Origin: Propionivibrio sp.
GTDB taxonomy: Bacteria; Pseudomonadota; Gammaproteobacteria; Burkholderiales; Rhodocyclaceae
Reading direction: 5' to 3'
Assembly (NCBI GenBank): GCA_041441355.1
Contig: JASDTF010000016.1
Coordinates: 56,899-120,898, forward strand
Length of the DNA stretch: 64,000 bases
Part shown: positions 28,933-37,535 of the stretch, piece by piece
Numbering within the stretch: the stretch's first letter is position 1
Layout of the letters: every line of letters starts with the position of its first letter
Program-made: the position numbers and the translations under genes
Notes under the pieces: model-generated
Seen by the model: only the letters and a program-made list of their open reading frames with translations
The model's database searches: none
What the model was told of the DNA's origin: nothing

Positions 28933-29748
28933 TTACGGGGCGGGCAGGGCGCCGAGCTCGCGCAAGGCGGCGCGGACGATGGCTTCGCGTTTGGGCGCAT
29001 CGGCGATGCCGCCGGGCATGTCCAGGTTGAGCGCGAAGAACACCGGTCCTTCGGGACGCTCGACCCAGCCGACCCACCAGCCGACCGATTCACCGTTGCG
29101 GTTGAACCAGCCGGTCTTGGCCCGCAGGATGAAATCGCGGCCTGCCTCGACGACCATCAAATCCTTGACCAGGCGTTGGTGCGCGAGCTCGAACGGCAGG
29201 CGGTTGCGGTACAGGCGCTCGAGAAAGTCGATTTGTTCGTGCGCCGAAACGCGCAGGCTGCCGTCGAGCCAGAAGTCGTCGACGCGCGCACCGATCGTGC
29301 GGTTGCCGTAGTCGAGGTGGGCGAGGGCGGCGCGTTCGGCGGTCTCGCCGATCTTGCGGGCGAGGTCCTGATAGACCCAGACGACCGAATGGCGCATCGC
29401 CGAACGCAAGTCCTGGTCGCGGTTCCAGGCCGGGGCGCCGTGCCGGCGGCCGTCCCAGATGATGCGCGAAAACTCGTCGGCGACGGCGTGCTGTTCGAGC
29501 GCGATGAGGGTGTGCGGAAGCTTGAAGGTCGAGGCCGGCGCGTAGCGCGTCGCCGCGCGTTCGGGGGCGTAGACCTGGCGCGGCGCGTCGGGGCTGCGCT
29601 GATCGAGGATGAGCAGCGTGCCTTGCGCCGACTCGCGGGCAAAGTGCTGGGACCAGTCCGGGCGGACGATTTCGGTCGGAGCGGCCAGACCGAGCAGCGG
29701 CGCGGCGGCGATAAACAGCGCCAGAACGGCTTGGCGGGTAGGGGGCAT
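28933..29748 (-). CDS. blaOXA: Class D beta-lactamase (OXA-2-like)
   Basis: Signal peptide; STFK, SVV, YGN, FWL, KTG motifs in canonical order; HQRLVKDLMVVEAG resembles OXA-2 as I recall it. Confidence 0.92.
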   Translation of the reverse strand: MPPTRQAVLALFIAAAPLLGLAAPTEIVRPDWSQHFARESAQGTLLILDQRSPDAPRQVYAPERAATRYAPASTFKLPHTLIALEQHAVADEFSRIIWDGRRHGAPAWNRDQDLRSAMRHSVVWVYQDLARKIGETAERAALAHLDYGNRTIGARVDDFWLDGSLRVSAHEQIDFLERLYRNRLPFELAHQRLVKDLMVVEAGRDFILRAKTGWFNRNGESVGWWVGWVERPEGPVFFALNLDMPGGIADAPKREAIVRAALRELGALPAP

Positions 29749-29814
29749 AACGGGTGCAGCAGTGACAAAGGCGGAATTATCGCCTGCCGAGGCCCTTAAC
29801 CCAAGCCGAAGCGT

Positions 29815-29842
29815 AAAAAAAGGACACCCCGCGGGGTGTCCT
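29815..29842 (-). terminator. Intrinsic terminator of the DASS gene
   Basis: Perfect 22-bp palindrome aggacaccccgcggggtgtcct followed on the minus strand by a T-run. Confidence 0.8.
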
Positions 29843-29865
29843 GGTGACAAGCTGCACGCCGTTTT

Positions 29866-31341
29866 TTAAAGGTAACCGAGCACCTGCCACCAGACGGCGC
29901 CGACGACGACCATGATCAGGATGTTGATCACGCTCATCACGAAGCCGGCGAACCACCACTCGTTGAGCGTCGTGTAGCCCGAGCCGAAGATGATCGGCGC
30001 AGTGCCCGTCGCGTAGTGGGTCAGCGACATGTTGAGCGAGGACGAGAACGAGAGCAGCAGCCCGAGCAGCAGGGGCGGCGCGCCGAGCGCGACGCCGGCG
30101 GCGAAGAAGGCGGCGAACATCGCGGTGACGTGTGCCGTGGTGCTGGCGAAGAAGTAGTGGGCGTAGAAGTAGACCAGCACCAGCAGCGCCGTCGACGCCA
30201 TCCAGCCAAAGCCCATGCCGCTGATCCCGAGCTCCATGCTCTTCGAGAACCAGCCGATGACCCCGAGCTTGCCGAGGAAGGTTGCCATCATCACCAGCGC
30301 CGCGAACCACATCAGCGTGTCCCAGGCGCTCTTGGCCTTGAGGATGTCCTCCCATTCGAGCACGCCGGTCAGCAGCAGGATGGCCAGGCCGAGGATGGCG
30401 GTGGTCGTCGGATTGACGGCATAGGCCTTGCCGAGCAGCCACTCGGGCACGCCGGCCCACAGGCAGAGCATGCCCAGCAGCACGCCGATGGTGATCTTCT
30501 CGGTCAGCTTCATCGGCCCGAGCTTGCCGAGCTCGGCCTCGGCCATCTCGCGCGCGGCCGGCGTTTCCTTGATCTCGGGCGGGTAGAGGTAGTAGAGGAT
30601 GAGCGGCATGAGCAGCAGCATCACCGCGCAGGGCAGCAGCGCGGCGAGCGCCCACTGGCCCCAGGTGATCTGGATGTTCAGGTTGGTCGCCTTGGCGATC
30701 AGTTCGACGCACAGCGGGTTGGGCGCGGTGGCGGTGATGAACATCGTCGAGGTGATCGGGTTGGCCTGGTAGTTCACCAGCGCCAGATAACGCCCGATGC
30801 GGCCCTGGGTGCCTTTCTCCGGCGCGGAACCGAAGCTGTCGGCGACCGAGCGCATGATCGGGTGGATGATGCCGCCGCCGCGCGCGGTGTTGCTCGGCGT
30901 CACCGGGGCGATGACCAGCTCGGCGGCGACCAGGCCGTAGGCGACCCCCAGCGTGCGTTTACCGAAGAGCTTGATGAAGTAGTAGCCGATGCGGGTGCCG
31001 AGGCCGGTCTTGTTGAGCGAGAGCGAGACCAGGACGGCGATGACGATCAGCCAGATCAGGGAATTGGAAAAGCCGCTCAGCGCGTCATTGAGCGCGTTGG
31101 CCGATTTGCCCGGGCTGGTGACGCCGGTGATGGCGACCAGGGCGATGGCGACGACTGAGATCGAACCGATCGGCATCGCCTTGCCGATGATCGCGGCGAT
31201 GGTCCCGATGAACAGCGCCAGAAGTTGCCAGGCGTTGGGCTTGACGCCCTCGGGCACCGGGATGACGAACCAGATGAGCAGGGTCAGGCCGATCGCAATC
31301 GCGCTCGGCAGTGGTCTGGGCAGAACCAGATTGTGTTGCAT
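29866..31341 (-). CDS. DASS family anion transporter (CitT/TtdT/YbhI-like)
   Basis: AWQLLALF, TGLGTRI, PVTPSNTARGGGI, HYFFASTTAH, LTHYATGTAPI. Confidence 0.9.
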   Translation of the reverse strand: MQHNLVLPRPLPSAIAIGLTLLIWFVIPVPEGVKPNAWQLLALFIGTIAAIIGKAMPIGSISVVAIALVAITGVTSPGKSANALNDALSGFSNSLIWLIVIAVLVSLSLNKTGLGTRIGYYFIKLFGKRTLGVAYGLVAAELVIAPVTPSNTARGGGIIHPIMRSVADSFGSAPEKGTQGRIGRYLALVNYQANPITSTMFITATAPNPLCVELIAKATNLNIQITWGQWALAALLPCAVMLLLMPLILYYLYPPEIKETPAAREMAEAELGKLGPMKLTEKITIGVLLGMLCLWAGVPEWLLGKAYAVNPTTTAILGLAILLLTGVLEWEDILKAKSAWDTLMWFAALVMMATFLGKLGVIGWFSKSMELGISGMGFGWMASTALLVLVYFYAHYFFASTTAHVTAMFAAFFAAGVALGAPPLLLGLLLSFSSSLNMSLTHYATGTAPIIFGSGYTTLNEWWFAGFVMSVINILIMVVVGAVWWQVLGYL

Positions 31342-31679
31342 GAACTCCCTCCAAAAGCGTTGGTACTCCAAATGGAAAAACTGAGCGTGTCGTTCTTTTT
31401 TGGCGTGCAGCTTGAGGAACGTTTCGGCGCTGGTTCAGGCCGGTGCCGGTGTTAACCGGCTCGGCGCAACCCGGGGCGCGTGGGCGCTTATTTTTATGTC
31501 ATGACGAGCGAGAGTGTTGCCGAAAAGCCTCGGCCTGACAATCAATTTCCGGTGTGCGGAGCGCGCGTTCTCAGGCCCTGTTGCGCGGCCTCGACGGGCC
31601 GTCGTGGCGGGCTTTGCGGCGTTTTTCGAAAGGCGGTGAAAAAGCGTTCGTGCCGACATGACGGACGTTTTTTTGCCGC

Positions 31680-31708
31680 TTGAAAAAACAAATTTGCTGC
31701 GTTAAATT
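31680..31708 (+). promoter_or_regulatory. Candidate sigma70 promoter of the octaheme cytochrome operon
   Basis: TTGAAA-17-TAAATT followed by an AT-rich tract up to the RBS. Confidence 0.5.
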
Positions 31709-31768
31709 ATTAGTACGTGCTTATACAATAACTTTCATATGCAGTAACGATCATTGCCGGGAGAGGCC

Positions 31769-33394
31769 ATGAGGCAAGGCGCGTTTCGAGGGGTGAAAGG
31801 GTGGTTGGGGGCCGCGTTCATGGCGGCGTTGCTGTGCGGAGCGTGGAACGTTCTCGCGGCGGACGCGCCCAGGCCGGTCAAGCTGAACACCACGGCCGAC
31901 CATTCCAAGTTCAAGGAACTGCAGCGTGAATTCGCTTCCGGGCCGGAGGTGACGCAGGCCTGCCTCTCCTGCCACACCGAGGCGGCCGGGCAGATCCACC
32001 GCACCAAGCACTGGACCTGGGAGTACAAGAACCCGCAGACCGGGCAGGTGTTGGGCAAGAAGCACGTGCTCAACAATTACTGCATCTCGGTCGAGACCAA
32101 CCTCGGCGCCTGCGCCAGCTGCCACGTCGGCTACGGCTGGAAGGACAACAACTTCGACTTCGCGTCGGAGAAGAACGTCGATTGCCTGGTCTGCCACGAC
32201 ACGACCGGCATCTACAAGAAGCCGGCCGGTTTTGCCGGCAATCCGGTGCTCAAGGACGTCGAAGTACCACCCGGTTCAGGCAACGTGATCAAGGGCATCG
32301 ACATCGCCAAGGTGGTGCAGAAGGTCGGCAAGACCAGCCGCGACACCTGCGGCGCCTGCCACTTCTTCGGCGGCGGCGGCGACGGCGTCAAGCACGGCGA
32401 CCTCGACAGCTCGATGGCGGCGCCCGACCGCGAGCTCGACGTGCACATGGACGCCACCGGCCTTGACTTCACCTGCGCCACCTGTCACAAGACCGCGAGC
32501 CATGATGTGGCTGGCAGCCGCTACACGCCGACGGCAGTGGATACCGGCGGCGCGCACCTGCGCGGCAAGGCCGACAACAGCAATCCGGCCACCTGCGTTT
32601 CGTGCCACGGCCAGGCGCCGCACAAGCGGACGGCGCTGCTCAACACGCACACCGACAAGCTGGCTTGCCAGACCTGCCACATCCCGGCCTTTGCGCGCGG
32701 CGGGGTGCCGACCAAGATGAGTTGGGACTGGTCGACCGCCGGCGAGCGCGACGCGGAGGGCAAGCAGGTCACGCGTAAGGATGCCAAGGGGCATGTGATC
32801 TACGAATCGCGCAAGGGCAGCTTCACGGTTGCCGAGAACGTCAAGCCGGAATACCTCTGGTTCAACGGGCAGGTGAACTACACCCTGGCCGAGGACAAGA
32901 TCGCCGATCCGGAGAAGATCGTGCAGGTCAATTCGATCGGCGGCAGCCCCGGCGACGGCAAGTCGCAGGTCTGGCCGTTCAAGGTCTTCCGCGGCTCCCA
33001 GCCTTACGACAAGGAGCACCGGACGTTGGTCAAGCCGCACGTGGCCGGCAACGACGACACCGCCTACTGGAAGAACCTGGTGTGGGACAAGGCCGTGGCC
33101 ACCGGCATGGCCTCGGCGGGGCTGCCGTTCTCGGGCCAGGTCGGCTTCGTTACGACCGAGATGTTCTGGCCGGTGACGCACATGGTGGCGCCGAAGGAAA
33201 AGTCCGTACGCTGCACCGAATGCCACAGCCGCGACGGACGGCTGGAGGGCGTGCCGGGCCTTTACATTCCCGGGCGCGACCGCAATGCGCTGGTCGATAC
33301 CCTGGGTTGGGCGCTGGCCGGGCTGGCGTTGGTCGGCTCCTTGGGCCATGGGCTGCTGCGCATCGTCGCTCGTCGCCGCGAAACCAAGGAATGA
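31769..33394 (+). CDS. otr: Octaheme c-type cytochrome, tetrathionate reductase (Otr) family, with C-terminal TM anchor
   Basis: Eight CxxCH (CLSCH, CASCH, CLVCH, CGACH, CATCH, CVSCH, CQTCH, CTECH); GKKHVLNNYC motif; signal peptide; hydrophobic C-terminus. Confidence 0.88.
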   Translation: MRQGAFRGVKGWLGAAFMAALLCGAWNVLAADAPRPVKLNTTADHSKFKELQREFASGPEVTQACLSCHTEAAGQIHRTKHWTWEYKNPQTGQVLGKKHVLNNYCISVETNLGACASCHVGYGWKDNNFDFASEKNVDCLVCHDTTGIYKKPAGFAGNPVLKDVEVPPGSGNVIKGIDIAKVVQKVGKTSRDTCGACHFFGGGGDGVKHGDLDSSMAAPDRELDVHMDATGLDFTCATCHKTASHDVAGSRYTPTAVDTGGAHLRGKADNSNPATCVSCHGQAPHKRTALLNTHTDKLACQTCHIPAFARGGVPTKMSWDWSTAGERDAEGKQVTRKDAKGHVIYESRKGSFTVAENVKPEYLWFNGQVNYTLAEDKIADPEKIVQVNSIGGSPGDGKSQVWPFKVFRGSQPYDKEHRTLVKPHVAGNDDTAYWKNLVWDKAVATGMASAGLPFSGQVGFVTTEMFWPVTHMVAPKEKSVRCTECHSRDGRLEGVPGLYIPGRDRNALVDTLGWALAGLALVGSLGHGLLRIVARRRETKE

Positions 33395-33405
33395 GGAGAA
33401 CGGAC

Positions 33406-33999
33406 ATGAGCGAGCGCATCTACATCTTCAAAGGCTTCGAGCGCTTCTGGCACTGGGCGCAGGCGGCGCTGATCATCACCCTGCTGCTCACCGGGTTCGA
33501 GATTCACGGCAGTTATAAGCTGTTCGGCTTCTACAAGGCGCTGGACACCCACACGACGGCGGCGTGGGCGCTGATCGGGCTGTGGGTCTTCGCCATTTTC
33601 TGGCACGTGACCACCGGCGAATGGCGGCACTACATCCCGACCACCGACAAACTGCTGGTCATCGCCCGCTATTACGCCTCCGGCATCTTCCGCGGCGAGC
33701 CGCACCCGTTCAAACCCAGCAGCCTGAACAAGCACAACCCGCTGCAGCGGCTGACCTACCTCGGCATCCTGGTGTGCGTGAGCCCGCTGTTGTGGATCAC
33801 CGGCTGGCTGCTCTACTTCTACGGCAGCTGGAAGGCCTGGGGGCTCGAAACGCTGTCGCTTGAAGCGGTGGCCGTGGCGCACACCGTAGGCGCCTTCCTG
33901 ATGCTGGCCTTCCTCATCTCGCACCTCTATCTTGTAACCACGGGGCGGACGCCGACGGCGCACCTGAAGGCCATGGTCACGGGCTGGGAGGAGCATTGA
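33406..33999 (+). CDS. Cytochrome b/b6 domain membrane subunit (PhsC/FdnI-like quinol-interacting)
   Basis: FERFWHWAQA, TM His residues, KHNPLQRLTY, AHTVGAF...SHLYL. Confidence 0.88.
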   Translation: MSERIYIFKGFERFWHWAQAALIITLLLTGFEIHGSYKLFGFYKALDTHTTAAWALIGLWVFAIFWHVTTGEWRHYIPTTDKLLVIARYYASGIFRGEPHPFKPSSLNKHNPLQRLTYLGILVCVSPLLWITGWLLYFYGSWKAWGLETLSLEAVAVAHTVGAFLMLAFLISHLYLVTTGRTPTAHLKAMVTGWEEH

Positions 34000-34063
34000 A
34001 ACCGCGACACTGAGGCGGCCTTGCCGCTGACGCACCGATCGTTTTTCAACAGGGAGAAGTGAC

Positions 34064-34456
34064 ATGGGGATCAAACAAGTGGTGGTCGGCGCGGTGGCGC
34101 TGGCTGCCCTCGGGGTCGCCGCCCAGGCTACCGCTTACGACGGCGACTGGAAGCGCGGTCGCATTTACTACCGCAGCGTGTGCACCTCGTGCCACGTCGC
34201 CTCGCCGGTCGGCGGAATCAACCCGAGTTCGAAGACCAAGGCTGAGTGGAACGCCTATCTGCAGGCCGACAAGCACGCCAAGGGCAAGGACGCGGTGAGC
34301 CACTACGTCAGCCAGGGCTATCGCAACAGCATCAAGGCGGCGAACAAGGCGGCCGAGAAATTCGCCGATGTGCCCGACAAGGAGCTGGCCGAGGACATCA
34401 AGGCCTTCCTGCTCAAGGGCGCCAAGGACGGCGACGCGCCGGCCAGCTGCAGCTGA
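34064..34456 (+). CDS. Periplasmic monoheme cytochrome c
   Basis: Signal peptide; single CTSCH; ends PASCS. Confidence 0.85.
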   Translation: MGIKQVVVGAVALAALGVAAQATAYDGDWKRGRIYYRSVCTSCHVASPVGGINPSSKTKAEWNAYLQADKHAKGKDAVSHYVSQGYRNSIKAANKAAEKFADVPDKELAEDIKAFLLKGAKDGDAPASCS

Positions 34457-34481
34457 ACGTCCATCCATTCAGGAGACGACC

Positions 34482-35636
34482 ATGAGCCTCAGGCAATCCG
34501 CGGTGCTGGCGCTGCTTGCCGCCAGCCTTCTTTCCTTTGCGCCGGCCCCGGTGCAGGCCGCCGACCCGTCCGCCGCGACTGCGCTTCAGCCGCGCGAGGG
34601 GTGGTACAAGCAGCTCGTCGATTTCGATTTCATGCGCGCCAACGTTGACATCCCACCCAAGCCGGGGGTGCTGATCGTCGATTCGCGGCCGGCGGCGCGG
34701 CAGTACGATCCGGGCCACATTCCCGGGGCGATCAACATTCCCGATACCCAGTTCGACAAGCAGGTCGCCCGCCTTCCGGCCGACAAGAACTCGCTGCTCG
34801 TCTTCTACTGCGGCGGCGTCGATTGCCCGCTCAGCCACAACTCGGCGTTCAAGGCCGAGCAGCTCGGCTACACCAACATCAAGGTCTATCCGCAAGGGAT
34901 GCCCGACTGGGCGGCGCGCGGCGGCCAGGTGGCGGTGTCGGCGGCGTTCATCAAGAAGCTGATCGACGAGAAGGGCGCCTATGCCCTGATCGACGCGCGC
35001 CCGAAGCGGGTGGCCGAGAAAGGCATGATCCCGACCGCGATCAACATTTCCGACACCGAGTTCGACAAGCAGACCGACAAGCTGCCGACCGACAAGGCGA
35101 CGCCGCTGATCTACTACTGTGGTGGTTTGGAATGCGTGCTTTCCGACAAATCGGCGGCCAAGGCCAAGGCGCTCGGGTACAGCAACGTCCTGACCTACCC
35201 CGAGGGCTATCCGGAATGGGAAAAGCTGCACGGCGCAGCGCCGGCGGTGGTCGCATCTGCAGGCAGTGCGCCGGCACCCGCAGTGGCGAGCCCGAGCCTG
35301 ATCGCGGGCAAGGAAAAAGGGTCGGTGACCGTGGCCTCGTTCGAGCAGGTCTGGAAAACGGCGCCGGCGAACCTCGTCCTCGTCGACGTCCGCGACGCCA
35401 AGGAGTACGCCGCGGGGACGATCAAGGGCGCGCAAAATCTGCCGATCAATGACCTCGAAAAACAGGTCGGCACGCTGCCGACGAACAAGCCGGTGGTCTT
35501 CTTCTGCAGCACCGGCGCCCGCGCCGGCGAAGCCTACGACACCGTCAAGCTGCTGCGCGGCGAGGTTCAGGCTTACTTCCTCGATGCCGGCATCAAGTTT
35601 TCTGGCGACGGCGCTTACACGATGACGCAAAAGTAA
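34482..35636 (+). CDS. Secreted triple-domain rhodanese/sulfurtransferase
   Basis: Signal peptide; three repeats (VDSRP..GHIPGAINI; IDARP..GMIPTAINI; VDVRD..GTIKGAQNL) with loops YCGGVDC, YCGGLEC, FCSTGAR. Confidence 0.88.
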   Translation: MSLRQSAVLALLAASLLSFAPAPVQAADPSAATALQPREGWYKQLVDFDFMRANVDIPPKPGVLIVDSRPAARQYDPGHIPGAINIPDTQFDKQVARLPADKNSLLVFYCGGVDCPLSHNSAFKAEQLGYTNIKVYPQGMPDWAARGGQVAVSAAFIKKLIDEKGAYALIDARPKRVAEKGMIPTAINISDTEFDKQTDKLPTDKATPLIYYCGGLECVLSDKSAAKAKALGYSNVLTYPEGYPEWEKLHGAAPAVVASAGSAPAPAVASPSLIAGKEKGSVTVASFEQVWKTAPANLVLVDVRDAKEYAAGTIKGAQNLPINDLEKQVGTLPTNKPVVFFCSTGARAGEAYDTVKLLRGEVQAYFLDAGIKFSGDGAYTMTQK

Positions 35637-35653
35637 GCGCCGTCATTCCCCTC

Positions 35654-35682
35654 AAACGGTCGCGCGTGCGGCCGTTTTTTTT
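35654..35682 (+). terminator. Intrinsic terminator of the otr operon
   Basis: aaacggtcgc-gcgt-gcggccgttt followed by a T-run. Confidence 0.75.
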
Positions 35683-35857
35683 ATAGTTCGAGGTGGGCCC
35701 GGGCGCGCGCGAGCAGTTCCTTGCAGCAGCGACAGGTGACGCAGGGGATGAGCAGCGGCAGGCAACCGATCAATCCGGCGAGCAGCACGGGCGCCAGGGT
35801 GATGGCGCGCAGCAGGCGTTCAGCACGGGACAGACGCAAGGTGCGGTTCATGATCAT
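35681..35857 (-). CDS. 58-aa Cys-rich membrane peptide, weakly DUF2892/YgaP-TM-like
   Basis: AGGAG RBS; ERLLR...LLAGLIGCLPL...CVTCRCC; lies directly downstream of a sigma54-like promoter. Confidence 0.6.
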   Translation of the reverse strand: MIMNRTLRLSRAERLLRAITLAPVLLAGLIGCLPLLIPCVTCRCCKELLARARAHLEL

Positions 35858-35891
35858 GATGCTCTCCTGTCGGCAGGGATGGTGTACCACG

Positions 35892-35907
35892 ATCAATTTG
35901 CGTGCCA
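35892..35907 (-). promoter_or_regulatory. Sigma54 -24/-12 promoter (variant -12)
   Basis: Minus strand TGGCACGCAAATTGAT vs consensus TGGCAC-N5-TTGC. Confidence 0.65.
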
Positions 35908-35972
35908 TGTGCCGCCAGCCCTTGCAGGGTGGGCAACACGGCTGAAGGCGGGCGTTGGTGGCTGGCGCTGTG

Positions 35973-36031
35973 CTGTCAAAACCGGCAGAAAATCGCACGT
36001 GTGCGGGCTATAGTGCTGTCAGAGATGTCAG
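35973..36031. promoter_or_regulatory. Two candidate enhancer (UAS) sites for the sigma54 activator
   Basis: CTGTC-N6-GGCAG (35973-35988) and CTGTC-N6-GTCAG (36016-36031), both preceded by GTG, 43 bp apart; the second abuts a TATAGT -10 (36009-36014) of the activator gene. Confidence 0.55.
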
Positions 36032-36043
36032 CGCGAGGCCGCC

Positions 36044-37405
36044 ATGGACTATCCTGCAGCATCGCTTTCCGAACTGGTGTCCTTCCTCGACAGCCAGGAC
36101 GAGCCGAGCATCGTGATGGATGCGGACTACCGCATCCTTGCCGCAAATCGGGCGTATACCGCGGCGTTCGGGCGGATGGGGGCGGTGACCGGGCGCCACT
36201 GCTACGAAGTCTCGCACCGCTTTGCCGCGCCCTGCGACCAGGCCGGCGAGCCTTGCCCCCTGAACATGAGTCGGCAGAGCGGCCAGGCGCAGCGTGTGCT
36301 GCACCTGCACCACACGCCCACGGGCGAAGAACACGTCGATGTGCAGACGACGCCGATCCGCGATCGGCACGGGCGTCTCGCGTATTTCGTCGAGACGATG
36401 CACGTCGTCCGCCAGGCGTCGAGCCGGCCCGCGGCCGAGGGGCTGGTCGGGCGCTCGCCCCGCTTCCAGAGCATGCTGGCCCTGGCGCTGCGCGTGGCCC
36501 CGACCTCGGCCAACGTGTTGCTGCGCGGCGAAACCGGCACTGGCAAAGAACTGCTGGCGCGGCTGATCCACGAGGCCGGGCGGGCGGCGCGTGGCCCCTT
36601 CGTGGTCGTCGACTGCTCGGGGCTGAGCGAAACCCTGTTCGAGAGCGAGTTGTTCGGCTACGAGAAAGGCGCGTTCACCGGCGCCCAGCACCGCAAGACC
36701 GGCCTCGTCGAGGCGGCCAACGGCGGCACGCTCTTCCTCGACGAAGTCGGCGACATCCCCGGTAGCCTGCAGGTCAAGCTGCTGCGCCTGCTGGAGAACG
36801 GCACCTTCCGCCGGGTCGGCGGCGTTGAGGTGCTGCGCAGCACCTTCCGCCTGATCTGCGCCACTCACCGCGACCTTGAAGGCATGGTCGGTGCCGAGCG
36901 TTTCCGGCGCGACCTCTACCACCGCATCAACACCTTCCCGATCCTCGTGCCGGCGTTGGCCGAGCGCGGCGAGGACATCCCCCTGCTGGCCGCCTCCTTC
37001 CTCAAGCGGGTGGCCGGCGAACGCAGCCTGCGCCTGTCGCCCGACGCCGTGGCGGCGCTGCAGGCGCGGCCCTGGTCGGGCAACATCCGCGAACTGCGCA
37101 ACCTGATCGAGCGCGCCACCGTCCTGGCCGACGGCGACACCCTTGAAGCCGCGCATTTCGACATGGACGCGGTGACGGGCGCAAGGTCACCCGAAGCGAG
37201 GCCGACGACGAGCGAATTTCATGTCGGCGAGATGCTGCCGCTGGCCGAAGTCGAACGCCGTTACCTCGCCTGGGCGATGGCACAGCCGGGCGGGCGCGAG
37301 GCGCTGGCCCGATGCCTGGGGCTGGGCGAGCGCACCTTGTACCGCAAGCTGGCCGCGTTGAAGGCCGGAGGCTTGGGCGGGGCGAGCGCCGCCGGACAGG
37401 GCTGA
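36044..37405 (+). CDS. fisR: Sigma54-dependent activator (PAS-AAA+-Fis HTH), FisR-like polysulfide sensor
   Basis: [40 protein letters not shown]; Cys at residues 53, 64 and 71, the positions I recall for Cupriavidus FisR. Confidence 0.85.
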   Translation: MDYPAASLSELVSFLDSQDEPSIVMDADYRILAANRAYTAAFGRMGAVTGRHCYEVSHRFAAPCDQAGEPCPLNMSRQSGQAQRVLHLHHTPTGEEHVDVQTTPIRDRHGRLAYFVETMHVVRQASSRPAAEGLVGRSPRFQSMLALALRVAPTSANVLLRGETGTGKELLARLIHEAGRAARGPFVVVDCSGLSETLFESELFGYEKGAFTGAQHRKTGLVEAANGGTLFLDEVGDIPGSLQVKLLRLLENGTFRRVGGVEVLRSTFRLICATHRDLEGMVGAERFRRDLYHRINTFPILVPALAERGEDIPLLAASFLKRVAGERSLRLSPDAVAALQARPWSGNIRELRNLIERATVLADGDTLEAAHFDMDAVTGARSPEARPTTSEFHVGEMLPLAEVERRYLAWAMAQPGGREALARCLGLGERTLYRKLAALKAGGLGGASAAGQG

Positions 37406-37535
37406 CGCGCACGGGCGCGGAACTCTTGCCGGTTCTCGCACACTAACAAACATTAGAGATTTATAATATTCTTGTTTTAACCCCGGGGTGCTGCCGCGGA
37501 CTGACGCCGCCCGCCCCATGTTCTGGAGATTCCCG

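Noticed and set aside
28810-29815. blaOXA as an integron cassette
   Set aside because: No RYYYAAC...GTTRRRY attC, no intI, and host-like GC.
31662-31677. Sigma54 promoter for otr (CGGACGTTTTTTTGCC)
   Set aside because: GG-N10-GC spacing is right but the -24 box is poor and no matching UAS lies nearby; a sigma70 candidate fits better.
34454-34481. Selenocysteine readthrough of the TGA after PASCS
   Set aside because: No SECIS-like hairpin; the next 25 nt contain the RBS of the rhodanese gene, and readthrough gives non-protein-like sequence.
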